DNA of 64,000 bases from Lytechinus pictus. Lineage: Eukaryota. Positions within the stretch are counted from its first letter, which is position 1; each line of letters begins with the position of its first letter. Positions 1 through 13,954 of this stretch are shown here, piece by piece. Location of the stretch: positions 33,668,001-33,732,000 of the forward strand of contig NC_087251.1 of assembly GCF_037042905.1 (NCBI RefSeq), in the 5' to 3' direction. The translations under genes and the position numbers were made by a program. The notes beneath the pieces were generated by a model. It was not told the origin of the DNA, did not search any database, and worked only from the letters and a program-made list of their open reading frames with translations.

Positions 1-2210
1 CTAATCATGTTCTAGTTTGGTTTCACACGTGTGAAATATTTGTCATTAGCCTTATTTTTCACTGGAATCATCATTCAAATTACAATTTTTTTACCGTGTG
101 AAAGGGCGGTCATAGACATTAAGAACAATATTGAGACAATTTTGTTTCTTGTTCACTCCTCTGCTACATCATCTTGCTGTACTTCTGTTGATAACAAGAA
201 CATTCTGAAAAATTTATTCAAACAAGTGGATAGTTTTGGTTTCATTACAAGACAAATATTCAGTCAAAACCTCTAAACATTCTCTTGATTGAATTCATTC
301 ATGCATCTCTCCCAGTTTTAAAACCATGGATCTGAATTCATTTTGGTTAAATTAATACCGGATTTATGTCACTATCTCTCCCCAGAGATCTCAGAGATTT
401 GCATGATACATTCAAACGTCCCGATGACAAGATGAAAGCTGGATTATGTGATGTAAAAACATGAAGTAGTGCAATGTACATTAAGAACGCAAAAAGGGAG
501 TCAAGAATTATTCAAGGCACGAGAGACAGGGAGACAGATAAAAGTGTAAAATGTGAACGTAATCATGCTGGAGAAAGGGCAATGAGCTGTGAGCGGCAGT
601 AAATCAGAAGGAAAGATTAAGCTTCAGAGGAATCAAGAAGATGATCAAAGAAAACTCTTTAACATCCCTATCTCCTCCCTCACTCACTCTCTCTCCCTCT
701 CTGGTTGTCTCCAAGAGCATTCCTCATAATCATATCAATCACTGGAATAGTGAAGCCTTTCTGAAACGGACAGAGTGTCTAACGACTTGCTAAGTATGCA
801 GAGTTTGCCTACACCCCTGCTGTGATTTCAAAGCTGTAATATAATAAAGCCAGACAAATGCGCAGAACACCACAGCAATTAGCATTTGTCAGGTTTTTCC
901 GTGTGGCTTTTCTCCAAAAGCTAAGAAAGACAAAGAGGCAGAAAGGCGTGTGCTTTTGATGTAAACCCATAACAGATGACTGAGATGCTCAACACCTCTC
1001 AAATATTGATTTTTGCTGATTTTTTCCCCTTAAAAACGTCCTAGCTTGTCTTTGTATATTCTGTGTAGCATTATGGTCTGCTTGGCTGCCATGTAGGAAG
1101 AAATGCCTAACTAAAGCTGCATGTGCACAGATCTTTAGCTAAGGAACACATTATGAATTAGATTCAGCTTGTACTTGATAATTTGTAAACTCATTAATTC
1201 AAGAGTATTCATAAGTCTTCGGCCAAGGTTGAAGATGAGGCATCCAAACATTTTAGGCCGGGCTCAGCCGCGGCTTTTTTCACTGTAAACGGGGTCTCTG
1301 TGACCTTTCTGACTTTTGAACTTTAAGCTTGTGACCCCAATACCTACTCTGATCATTCTTCTGATATGTATAATTGACCCAAATTTGAAGTTGATTTTTC
1401 AAACGGTCTGTTATCAAAAGAACGAACATGGACGACCACAAACATGCCTCTGGCAACCGCTTATTGGGAATGAAGGCAAAAAAAAATGCTAGTTTGAAAT
1501 AAAACACTATTCGGTAGGGTGTTTCATTATAAAACTTTATATTTTCTTTACTTATGTATTTTTTACACATAACAATTCTGCTTTTCAGCCTCTTAGATAA
1601 GTCCTGCCTAACAAACAGAAAAAATATTACGCAGGGGCTCCGCGATTTCACCCCAAAATACTCAAAGAGTCCTGGAAAATCCTGCTCAACTGCAATGTTA
1701 AAGCTTATCCAATAAAGCAGACTTAGGCAGTAGGTTGTGAAAAGAAGCCCCTGAAAATAAACATTTTGCCTGCAAAAAACACTACTAAGTCTGAAGAGAA
1801 GACTATCACGTTAGCCAGAGTCGGCCAAAGGCAGCCAGCGTCTAATACGCATTACCAATTGATGTCCACTCATGCATGACCATTGAAGGCATTGATCGGC
1901 CAGGTTTCTATTGACCTTGAATTTCACACGCACCGCACAGTTGCAGCACCACAAATTATTACTGCTATGGGACTAGAAGTTACTCTGACAGTCATTCGGG
2001 TAGAGCTGCAGCATCAAAAGTTTTTTGGTTTTTTTTTACTTGACCAAGTTCACATTGGATCATTGCAAGTATCATCTTTTCTTAATTTCATAGATTCTAA
2101 TATATTTATTTCCTTTTATTTATATAGGGAATGATTCATATTTTTAGTCCTTAAAATCTCTTAAGTACAGCAGTCATACGCAGGTTAGAATGTCCAGGTG
2201 TGACAGCAGC

Positions 2211-2534
2211 CAGGGTTCCCACAGAAATTTGAAAACAGAATTCCATGACTTTTCCAGGACTAAATTACTGCTTTCCATGACTTTCCGTGACGCCCAGGGA
2301 GTTATGTACAATTTGGGATGTCACAAAACTTGGAAAATGGAAATCATGAACACCAATTATAATAGCAGAGTATGATCACAGAGTATGAGAGTTGCGAGAC
2401 ATACTGGACAAACTGAAAAGCTGCCATTGCCAAGAGGTAAATGCAATTCTATGACTTTTCACAAATTTTCCAAATTCCCTGACTTTACATGACCACAATT
2501 TTTTCCAGGATTTTTCATGACTGTGGGAACCCTG
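2211..2534. mobile_element. hAT-like MITE
   Basis: 14-bp TIR cagggttcccacag / ctgtgggaaccctg; internal ttccatgacttt repeats; flanks cagcagc / cagcacc (imperfect TSD). Confidence 0.75.
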
Positions 2535-3530
2535 CAGCACCTTATTTAAAAAAAAAACCTAGCAAAATTAGCAAAGCCTGTCCGAAGATGAGTCTTTTCT
2601 CTGAGTTCTTAATATCTGCTTGCTGTGCACCAAAGTCAGAATTTACTATGAATGCTATATAATACTAACCTAACCCCTACACATCCCAACCTGAAGTTAA
2701 ATTAAAACTTTTTTAAAATATGAACTGAAAAAGTAATAGATTTGGATAAGATGTCAAAAGATCAGCATGCAACTAACTGTAGCCTATTCTGCAATTCGCA
2801 TACACTTGACACAGGTGTAGCTCAACTACGGGTTAACTATCTCAAGGTCAATTTGTAACGTAACCTACAAGTACCACTCAAAGAAATGCACTGGTCTAAT
2901 TTGTAACCCATCATGGGGTAGGACCCCTCCCCCTCGTTACAGTCTCTATGATCTTTCATCATTACGTTCCCTGTATGTAACCCGCCTGCTGGTACCAATT
3001 AGGCCGTGTCCACAGTGATTAGATGCAGAGGAAAGACGTCTGTATGCACGCATGCAGGCAGCCCTTGGAAAACTTGCCCGGATGATTTTGGAAGTTTGGC
3101 GAAGGATGCATGATGATGATGATTTTCATTAGTGAAATCATACACAAGCTCAGTGCTTCACATATGTTAATATTCTTGCAACATTTAATCAAACTTTGAA
3201 CAAAATTTATGAATTAATTTACTTTAATGTATATCAGCTGGATTGAGGGTGAAATGCAAGTTTGAAATATCAAAACATTACAAGTACAGGCAATTTCACC
3301 CTTATCACTTCCAAGTCACCCATAAAATCCCCCATGTTGCATGATTTGGGGCAATCATCCTTTCAAGAGATGTGCCACAAACAATATCAAATAGTATTTT
3401 GATAATCAATACACATGTATCAACAATATAGAATCATGGTTTATGCAGATTTCTAGTATTATCTGGCTTCTCTTTTTAGTGTGTTGATTTAATTGGATTT
3501 TTCTTGATGTACGCGATGAAATAAGTTTAA

Positions 3531-4113
3531 AGGAGAATGAAACTCTTGGAGCAAGTTAGCTTTTGTAAAAGCAGAAAAATCAAAGAATAAGATCAACAAA
3601 ACTTTGAGTAAAATAGGACTAGCAATAAAAGAGTTATGAGCATTTGAATGTCGAGATCACTAATGCTATGGAGATCCTCCCATTGGCAATGCGACCAAGA
3701 TCTGTGATGTCACACACGTACAACTCTCCCATTCGGACACTGAAAATATACCCCAAAACATCTCTTTTTGCTCATTCTAATCATATGACAAACGATTCAT
3801 CAATTATATAATGTTGTGAAACCTCTGTACTTGTCATCTCATAAAGAAAACACCTAACCTTGTGATAGACTCTATAAAAGTGAGAATATAAGTTAAATAA
3901 GTACTAAAGTAATGAGGGAGTTGTACGTGTGTGATATCACAGATCTTGGTCGCTTTGCCGATGGGAGGATCTACATGGCACTAGTGATCTCAATATTCAA
4001 ATGCTCATAACTTTCTTATTATTCATTCAATCTTCCTCAAACTTTCAACAATATGTTTCTTTGATTTTTCTCTTTAATATGGATTCAGCTAGTTTCAAGG
4101 GTTTCATTCTCCT
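3531..4113. mobile_element. Kolobok/T2-type MITE (TTAA TSD, AGG termini), family A
   Basis: TTAA|aggagaatgaaac ... gtttcattctcct|TTAA, with long imperfect inverted arms (e.g. 3632-3730 vs 3917-4020). Confidence 0.85.
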
Positions 4114-5673
4114 TTAAATATGTAAACAAATCTACATAGTCCATGGTTTTGTACCATGGTACATTCGAAATCTCTTTTGAGAATACCGGCCAATGAAAGC
4201 CACCCAAGAATATTTTCCAGTCTATTAGCAGTTCTTAGTAGTATTTGTCTTTGGCTTCCTGGGTTAGTATTATATGCATTCGCCTTCTGAAGGTGGTTCT
4301 TGGAGTTTTATCCTTTGAGCTTTACCAAAGGGGTTTTTCCCCTGGAGCTGCCTTCATAGATCTGTGTGGGTTTTTACCCGTATTGTACTGCCTATTTTCT
4401 ACAAATTTTCAGCAAAGATTAATCAGACTTGAATTTGCTGTATGAACTGAAAGATTCCAAATATTATAGCTTAAAAGATAAAATAGAAATGCAATGTTTG
4501 GGCCTATACAGTTCCGCACACTAGGATGTTTCTTCTATTCGCATATATGTTGTATCTTCTTGTAAGTGTGTCTGTGTAGATGTGTTCCTGTACCTGTACC
4601 AGCTTTATGTTACTTCCTTAGAGTCTTATTCTATTCTTGATTATCCACCCTCCCCCCATTTCAAGAATATTTATCAAGAACATCTAGCTACTGCACATTT
4701 GACCATTTTTATTGCTAAAATCAAAAGTAGAATTTCTTTGTTTTCTTTTGTTTTTAAATTTTGTACATGTATTTACAGACAAATCTTGAAATGTCTGTTA
4801 CAAATCCAATCAAACAGTCATAATGTCTCCATAATACCACCCTTTCATTCAGTTATTCTTCCCCCCACGCAAGAGACACACGTGTGTTCTCCCCAGCCCC
4901 ACAATCGTTAAGAATACCAACTATAATGGTCCACACGCCTTTTTCAAACACTTTTGGAGGTAATAATGAGTAACGTTTTAGTTGACTACCCTGTCAAGCC
5001 AGCCCCCCTGATGGGCGGGTGTCCGCTTCTTCCTGTTCTACTTGACTTGTCACATCAACAATTCTTATATCCCCCTTGCCCCCCTTCTCCCACCCATCGT
5101 TCATTAGACACGCATTCAACGTTTTCCAGTCACATCATTCTTTCTCTATCCTTCGGTAGGGAAAAGGGGAAAGAAAGTTTTTTTTTTCCTTTTTTCAAAG
5201 GGGTCTATTGTGTGTTGACAGCACTGCCTCGTAATCACTTAAGATCTCAGTGTGTTACCATTCACGAAAATTGAGAGTGAAATTCAAATGAACTATTAAA
5301 ATAGCATGAATGACTCATTTTGATTTACAATGCATGTTTTTTATCAACAGTCAACATGAATTGTATTCATTTTTTTATAATTTAATGGAAACGTGTTGTG
5401 GGGACACAAATTTTAGAGTACTTTCTAACACAGTATTTGGAACTTGATGAAAGTCATTTGATTCGTTTTAATTCTATTTCTTTATTCATTCATTCATATA
5501 TTTTTTCCTCTTAATTGTTTACATATTTAGTTGCATTTTTTTTTAATTCATTTAAAACATTTTTGGGGATGAAATACTGCTATACATTACACACCTGCAG
5601 CTACATATAATTTGCAAAGACAAGATAACAAAAAAGACAACAAAATGTTACATTAAGAACGCAGTCGGTACAA

Positions 5674-5749
5674 TTTCTTGTTGAAGGAAATCATGGCATG
5701 CCTAGGATTGGAACCCACAACCCTCTGTTTCAGAGTCTGGAGACTAATT
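5674..5749 (-). mobile_element. tRNA-derived SINE 5' fragment
   Basis: Similar to the head of the SINE at 35113-35398 (gaacccac.accctctgtttca.agtc.ggagactaat). Confidence 0.6.
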
Positions 5750-6999
5750 GCTGACCTTTATTATAATTTTAATCCCAATTTCTTTAATGAATTAGTTTGG
5801 AAGTCAGAAATTTTTTAGATAGTGGGATGCAGCATTGTTGCTGGTCAGCTGGTCAGTTTAAGAAATATTAAAATGGCAACTTCGGATGATATAGGATCTG
5901 ACATACACTGTACTGCCCCACCAAGATTGCGGTAAAAAGGTGACCAATTAGCCCTACTTGTGGTCAAGTGGTCAATTAATATTACCCGGAGCATTATTTG
6001 ACCATTTACTTCTTGTGTTGATTTATTCATCTTGACTGGTGTTAATATTATTCAGCTTGTTCAATATTGGTAACTGAGAGGAAATTATAACCAGCCTTGT
6101 AGAAAACATCATCTAAAGTTGAGGAAATAACACTTATTTGTTAATGGTGTAATTTCTTGCATTGGGGCAAGTGCTAAGTTTTAGGGGCTATTTCCTTTAT
6201 TTGGAGGGCTACCCTTTTTTTGTGTGCAACAAGCAATTTCAGAATATATGTGAATTTTATACCATTCTACAATATGTGAATGTGATGTCAATAGCAAACA
6301 AATTTCTCTGTACCTATATATTTGCATAGACCAAATAGAAGTATCTTACATCCCATACTAGTAGCATGATAACAATAATGTAATAAAAAGAGTTATGCAA
6401 GGATTGATTTTTTTTTTTTGGGGGGGGTTGTTTTTGTTTTTGTTTTTTTTATACTTTTTTTGTTCTTCCACACAACTTACAGAACATATGCCAATGGATG
6501 CTCCATTAGATTTTTCTGTGGCTTGATGATGATTGTTTGTGGTATATCTCCACTGACTGATTGACGTTGATGAGAGAGGGAAAGAGAGAGGCTTGGAATG
6601 ATTGATACACAAGATCTCCATCTTGCTCCCCAGAATCACATGACCACAAACAAATGCTATCATCCACTCCAGATTTTCTTCCATCAGCTCATGGAGAAAG
6701 AATACGGATGGCATCAATTCCGAGTATGCATAATCCATCTCCCAGTCATTGAAGACGAGCAGTATTCAGTGGCAACAGTATACAGACCCGTGTTGCACTA
6801 CACCCCCTCCCCCCCTCCACACACGGTGCCAATACATTTTTTGTTTTGTTTAGTTTTTAATTTTGTCCCTTTTTATCCATTAGAGATTTTGGCACACTGT
6901 TTGCCTTCCTTACATGATAGGAGGGAGGATTCTACATTGTCATGGAGACTGGGGTAAGTATTTTTGGAGGGGGTCATTATTTATATTTTAATTTTTTCT

Positions 7000-7075
7000 C
7001 TTATCTCTCTTCTCTCTTTCTTCCTCTTTCTATCTCTCTCTCTCTCTCTCTCTCTTTCTCCCTCTCTTCTCTATC
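7000..7075. repeat. (CT)n microsatellite
   Basis: Direct observation. Confidence 0.85.
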
Positions 7076-9724
7076 CCCAACTCCGCTGTGCTCTATGCTC
7101 AGCATCAAGCGCACAATAGGACGCGGAAGAGCAATAACGTAGACTAAGTTTCAACAGAGGGCCAAGTCAGTCCGTCAGACTTACGATAGGAGGAAGGAGG
7201 AAGAAGAAGCAAAGCGCAGGCAATGGTTCTTCCATCCCATTTGCTGCGAAAGAGAATGGCATAATGCATGGTGACTAGCCAGCAATCCCTAATGCCTATC
7301 CAGCGAGACAGCCTGGCGCCGCTTGCCTCTTTATCACATCGTCCATAATTTCTTGCCCTCCCCCTCATCTTTCATCTTATTCTCTTCTCTCTCTCTCTTT
7401 TACTTATTCTCCCCTTTCTCTCTCTTCTTTAAATCATGTTTTGTTTCTGTATTTCATCTGTGTTTGTTTTCTCCTCTCCATATCTTTCTCTCTCCTTTCA
7501 TGAAATCTCAAATCTTTATCGTTATTGCACGATTCAATCAAATGGAACAAGAATTTGGGAGGGAAAAAAATGCTTTGATATCAGTGAGAGTTTTGAAAGC
7601 TTGAAAATCACATTATAAAATTTAACTAATTTTTTTGTGTTTTTCTCTGTAAATAGGCCTAAAGGCTATACACATGTATTTTATTCAAATCAATGAAATA
7701 ACATCAAATTAACATCATAAGAGCAACAATGTAACTTTAATTCTTATGTCACATTCTAATGTCCATACCCAGCACCAATCAATTTTCCCGAAGAGTGACT
7801 TTTCCTTCGTCACGTCTGCATATTTTTTTCCATGCGAAAGAACACGTAATCTCATCTCCAGTATCATTTATGTCGAGTCTTTGTGCACGAGTCGGCAACA
7901 ATTGCACGACTTCATGGTCAGGGTTAGTCTCCCGGCATCTCACGCCTGTCCCTGCAGCACCAAGGACAACACTTTATTAGCAACAGTTACCATGTCAGTC
8001 AGGCACTGGACAAACGTTTCTTAAATGCTCGCCAAGTGCATCAACTCCGCAAGTCACTATTAGATTTTCTACCCCCACCAACACGTGCCCGCTCTCACCG
8101 TTGCTAGCTGCAACCAAAACAACTGGTGCAAAATCTAATTTTGTTCTAAAAGCCGGGCGGGATGTGACCATCAATAGCCAGAGAGAGCACATTGAAGGCA
8201 AAGAATAGGCAATTTAAGGGCCAAATGAACGGCTATTGAGCCTGGCCTATCTATGTAAACAAGGCACGGAAAACAATAGGCATGGATGTTTCGAGGCATC
8301 GGCCTCTGTCGAACAGGCAGAGAGGGAGAAATTGACGCAAATTGGAGAATTCTGGCGTCAGGAGAGGAGGAGGGGATTGGGAGAGAGGCCAGGGTCGGCT
8401 GGGGTATGAAAGCACTGACGTGTGCTGAAAAAGACACACGCCCACTAATCATGCAGAATAACAATTAACCAGGGGGGCTTTTTGTGATGAGATGCTCTCT
8501 CTACCAAGGGGTGCTTAGATGATGGTGGTGGAAGCACAAAGGTCCCTCTAGAGACTTGTATTGTTGCATCCTTACTCTAGAGGACTGGAAGGGCAGACAA
8601 ATGAAGCACGGTGGCTACAGTAACACTAGCCAGCTGCCTGGTTGATCAACCCTACAAAGAAGCGAATGAAGGGGAGGGTTGGGGGAGGAGGGGACTGGGC
8701 GTGATGCCTTGTGACCATGGCTCACTAATGAGGGACCAATGTGTTGATGAAAAATGTGACAGATGCTAGATGTTGGTGTCATGGGGCAAGACAGACGCCC
8801 TGTACCCCCTAGCTGTAAGGGAATCGTGCATGTTGAGCTCACAGGAGGTCAGGCTTTTGGTGCTAATTTTGAACCAATCTTGATTTTTTTTTTGTCACTT
8901 TCATTTTTTGCATTCATCAGCACAAAAACTCCACATTAATCATTGCAACAACATGATCAACTATTATATTAAAACAAGTTTTTCAGATTTTTAAAAACAT
9001 TTCTCTAAAACATTTTTAAATATTTTCAAATATTTCACATGACACAGGTGATTTCTTTATCTTTTGTCCTTTCTTTTTTTTCAACACTGATTTGTGATTT
9101 TTCAACATCAAAATAATGTCTTTTTTGTTTAAAATGCATTCAAGTTTTGCTTTAAATGCTTGTCACTTTTGAAATTTATTTCCCACTTCATTGACATTTT
9201 TCACAGGGCACACAAATGATTTGCAACTTACATGCAAATGCCAAATAATGGCGAAGCCCAACATATTTCATAATCAGAAAGTTCACTGAAAGCAGTTTGT
9301 TTAGCAGCATTGTCAATAATATTGTCCGTTGAATGTCCAGTTTTGTAAAACAGTTCCAGCATCGAACACCGACTGCCAATAATTTTTACCTCCATCCAAA
9401 TTTTGAAGCGTGTGATTTTTTGCGTGTCAATGTATGCAACTATAAAAAAATTGATGTGTGCCAGTAAAAACCTCATAACAGCTTATACTGTCATGAGTAT
9501 TAGCAGCAACTCTATCTATTTACTGTATGTGTATCTGTCTCTGTTAGTCAATCAGTCAGTTTGACAGTCAGTAAGTTAGCCAGCCTGTATGTCTGTCTGT
9601 CTGCCTGTCTTATCATCTCTCATTTATCTATCCACATTTATCTAGCTCTCCATATTAACTAGTGATGTACAAAAAATGCTAGTAAAAGATTCAAATTAAG
9701 ATTTTTTTTTTAAATCCCCAGAGC

Positions 9725-9725
9725 A

Positions 9726-9765
<40 letters not shown>

Positions 9766-9767
9766 TA
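9725..9767. repeat. poly-A plus (AT)n microsatellite
   Basis: Direct observation. Confidence 0.9.
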
Positions 9768-10064
9768 ACCACTTGTTCAAGATCATTGCAAAAACAAGAA
9801 ACTGCAAATTTCAATGATTTAGTTTAAAATTTTATATCATAATGGGTATCAATATCAAGATGATATCAGCAATCACGATGGGTGATGACGTAGCAGGAAT
9901 GCTAAAGGTGAATGATAGGATATAATTCATCCATCAATTATTATCTGAAATTTGTGAGGAGGACATGGCTCATCAGGTCACAGGAGGAGGCCATTGTCAT
10001 AGCGGTCAATCTCTTCTTTCTCTAGGATAATAATTGCAGTATTAAAGATACAGTTACTACAGTA

Positions 10065-10324
10065 CACTGTAAAAACGCTGTTTAAAATTTAAACATGTTT
10101 TTTAAACCATCACTCTTACAAATTATATTGTTTTAAGTTTTTAACAAGTTTTTTTAAGTTTTAAACAAGTTGTTTAAAGTTTTAAACAAGTTGGTAAAAA
10201 TTTTACACAAATTGTTACAAGTTATAAACAAATTGTTTTCAAAAGTTTAAACAATTTCAAAAAATTTTCAACAACTTGTTGTCAAAGTAACAGGCTAAAA
10301 TGACGTGCTTAAAATTTCACAGTG
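10065..10324. mobile_element. CACTG-ended MITE with internal tandem ttaaacaagttg-like repeats
   Basis: Termini cactgtaaaaa / aatttcacagtg; internal degenerate ~20-bp repeats. Confidence 0.55.
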
Positions 10325-11450
10325 GAAGAGCTTGTGAAAATTGGACAGAGCTGGTGTTTTTTTACATTCTTCATAATTCTGAAAGAAAAATAGCTTTTCT
10401 GTTTTAATCCCATGATTTTATTCTGTGTATCATGCAAAATAATCCTGTCAATATTGACAGAACCTTCAGCAGTGAAGGAGGCAGATTGTTGAAAGAAAAA
10501 GGACAGGAGTATCTAATAAGTACTTTTATAACACTGAATCCAAGATAAACACTTACCCAAGTATCATTTTTTAACGACAAATAAACCTTTAAACAGAAAA
10601 CCACCCCTAAAAAAATTCAAATCCAAGAAATCTCTATAAAACAGAATTATACCTATTTAAAAAAAAATACATAGAAGATATTAGACATTTTGCTCAAGTT
10701 ACACTGTACGGATGAATAGAACTTTCAGGAGCATCCAAGATAATATTCTTCTAAGGCATTGGCTCTGTCTGTATAGAAAATATAAAATGACAGATCAATG
10801 AAAATGTTTTTAAAAAATGTTTGGTATTCATCTTTATCAATATCAACTTTTAGAATTTAATGTATTTTCTAAATGAATTATATTCTATAAAGCTTTTGAA
10901 CTTGTTACGAATGTGAGTTTCCTCAAATTATATTGTAACTTTGTAAATTAAATATCATCCTGTCTGAGCAGTGAACAGCTTAAATTTGAATACAAAAAAT
11001 ATATTACTTGATATCAAAGTAATCAATAGACATTAACCTGAAAACAATGTTAAAATTGGAATGGTTGTAATTTCATGATTTAAACAAAGATTTAGTAAAT
11101 TTGGCTCTTCTTGACGATGCCTTTAAAAGCTGAAATGACAAGAGTGAATCAGCTACATGTCAATGCGTCTCTTGATGGATCAAACAATGTACGCAAGCTG
11201 AGCCCCAGTAGGGATAACCTCAGCCCCCACTCTCTGTCTCTCCTTCGTCAGAATAGACCCATCATGCAACATAATGCACCCCCGATGGGCGGACAATTAC
11301 CTCCTTCCTCTTCCCACTGAACCGTACCGTCCATGTCGGCAAAGGGGAATCTCATCAAGAAAGAGAGAGAAATTACAAAGGGAAAAACAAAGTTGTCTCA
11401 TTGACCTGAATTTCTGAGTCTGGGCTTGAGTCGTAAAACTTGTGACAAGC

Positions 11451-11570
11451 ATGGTGGCTCAGTGGTATGGCACCCACCTCACGATTGGGAGGTCGTGGGT
11501 TCAATCCCTGGCCGAACCTTACCAATTATTTTAAAAATGAAATCTTCTCCCTTCTCTTCAGGCACTAATC
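11451..11570 (+). mobile_element. tRNA-derived SINE fragment
   Basis: Pol III A box tggctcagtgg and B box ggttcaatcc, but no tRNA acceptor stem. Confidence 0.6.
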
Positions 11571-12504
11571 ATGCACAGTAATCAATACATTCAATCACAG
11601 AATGCAGCCCCAAGGTCAATTGCTAAGATTTACGGTACGAGGCCCAGGATGCAAAATTATTTTTCCCCATCGCAGTTCTGGACCCAAATATGAATATTCA
11701 TGACTTGTGTCTTCGGAATAAGACTACGCATGCGCATGGACTTGATCTTTACAAAATAATATTGTGGTCGTTCGGGTTGCCATGAATGAATCAGCACCCT
11801 CAAATTGCCGACTAATGGTTAACTTAGAACTGGATAATTCTGAACTTCACGTTTACTTATGTTAGACCAATGAGCTTGGTAGCCTTGGTTTATAAAACTA
11901 GTCCGAGATCTAAATAAATTTAGTTTAGATCTAATCTAGTCTCTAGATCTAGATCTTGATAGACCATTCTGATCTACACTCACGAACAACGTCAGGCACA
12001 AATTAACGTCAGTGGGCAGAACATGCATGTAAATGTTAATGCGCGACTCTAGCTCTGCATAGCAATTGCAATCGCCCAGTTAACTCTCTTGATCAACAAA
12101 ATGTAATTGATCGATAAGCATTTTCTTTATGATACAAATTATTAAGCTTTTAATTTCCTCTGCTTGAAATAGGCAATGAGTTACATACGGACTAGACCTA
12201 TTAAACTAAGGCTCCCAAGCTCATTGGTTAACGTAACTAAACTAAAGTTCAGAATTAACCAGTTCTAAGCTAAACATGGCATTAGTCGGCTGCAGGCATT
12301 AGACAGGTCCAGATTTGAGATAAAGTTAATGCCATAGCCTAGCCTAGCTAGCCTAACATTTTGTCTCGTCATTAATGGCACTTTGATAAGTGTTTAAGAA
12401 TCGGATTTAGATAAAGATCTAAGGCCTATAGGGTATAGCAATTAGGGTGTTGATACTTTCATGGCAATGCAAACGACCACAGTCCACGCGCATGCGTAGT
12501 CTTA

Positions 12505-13954
12505 TACCCTTTTCAAATTGGCCTCTTCATTTTTCCCCGGCAAACTTCTCCGGCAAGCATTCCTCACTTCCCTGGCGAAGAAAAAAATGTACCCTTTCAC
12601 ACTGACACCTCTTCCCCGGCGAAAGTCGACAGGTGATTTGCTCGGGCGGAAGTAATTGCAAATGAAAGCGCACGCTTTTTTTATTTGAATTTTAATCGTA
12701 CTATTTCCTTATTAATTGCAGATACCTAATTAATTTTTATCAGTGAAGTTTTGGAGATGACGGCTGGTAAACACTTCTCAGCAGCTGCTGCTGATCAGCT
12801 CACTCGTCACGTCCATGGAGAATTAGAACGAAAAGAAAATTGTAAACATTGCTTCTTACCGATTACAAATAGGTAAAAAAATTACAACATATTTTAGAAA
12901 TATTAGAAGCAAAATAAAAAAAGAATCAAAGCATTTTGATTTTTTAAGCGCATTTTCAGCATGCGAAATAACGCTTTTATAATAAATATCGTTAGTGAAA
13001 AAAAAAACTGTATGTTTGAGGTTATTTAACTCTATGGAATGATCGAATCGCTTCTAAAGCGTGGCCTTCTACATTTAGTCACGGAAATAATAGCTAGCTA
13101 GTGCGCGGAATCTCAGTTCAGGGGATTTCAGGGAGGGAAAAAATGACATCTGACGTCATTAAAGGACAAGTCCACCCCAACAAAAAGTTGATTTGAATAA
13201 AAAGAGAAAAATCCAACAAGCATAACACTGAAAATTTCATCAAAATTGGATGTAAAATAAGAAAGTTATGATATTTTAAAGTTTTGCTTAATTTCACAAA
13301 ACAGTTGTATGCACATCCTGGCTGGTATGCAAATGAGGAGACTATGACATCATCCACTCACTATTTCTTTTGTATTTTATTATATGAAATATGAAAAATT
13401 CTCATTTTCTCCTCATTGTCAAGTGATACAACGATTAATTCCTCCCTGAACATGTGGAATTAGCATTATTTAATACTATATGGTTGAGTCAAGTTGGTCC
13501 TTATTGTCAAATCTATAAAAAACGAAATATTGTATAATTCAAACAATAAAAAACAAAAGAAATAGTGAGTGATGGACACCATCAACTGACTCGCCTAGTT
13601 GTGCATATCACTGTTTTGTGAAAAATAAGGGAAACTTTAAAATGCCATAACTTTCTTATTTTACATCCGATTTTGATGAAATTTTCAGCACTATGCTAAT
13701 TTGATTTTTCTCTATTTATTCAAGTCAGCATTTTCCTGGGGTGGACTTGACCTTTAAAGAGGAGAAGTTCTCCGGTTTGCTTTCATACTGGCTGTTTCAC
13801 CGGCGAAGTTCTCCACCTCTAGAGGTGGAGAAGTTTGCAGGCACAGTTCGCCGGGGAAGTTCTCCTGTTAACCTTTTATACTGGACACTTTCCCCTTCGC
13901 TGGCGAACTTCGCTGGCAAAGTTCGCCGGGGAAAAGCGCAATATGAAAGGGGTA
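12505..13954. mobile_element. PIF/Harbinger-like non-autonomous element inserted in the MULE-like TIR
   Basis: TTA|tacccttttca ... tgaaaggggta|TTA; subterminal ttccccggcgaa repeats in both orientations. Confidence 0.8.
13163..13753 (+). mobile_element. Kolobok/T2-type MITE, family B (copy 1)
   Basis: TTAA|aggacaagtccacccc ... ggggtggacttgacct|TTAA; highly similar to 26364-26943 and 44909-45502. Strand is relative orientation only. Confidence 0.9.

Noticed and set aside
1216..1830. Possible mobile element bounded by tcggccaa direct repeats (includes a 123-aa ORF)
   Set aside because: I could not identify TIRs or a second copy in the window, and the ORF is unrecognisable.
6358..6957. Overlapping ~120-aa ORFs
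   Set aside because: No recognisable homology; they run into simple repeats and have no convincing splice pair.
13163..13753. piggyBac assignment for the TTAA elements
   Set aside because: Termini are AGG...CCT rather than CCY...RGG, which fits Kolobok/T2 MITEs better.
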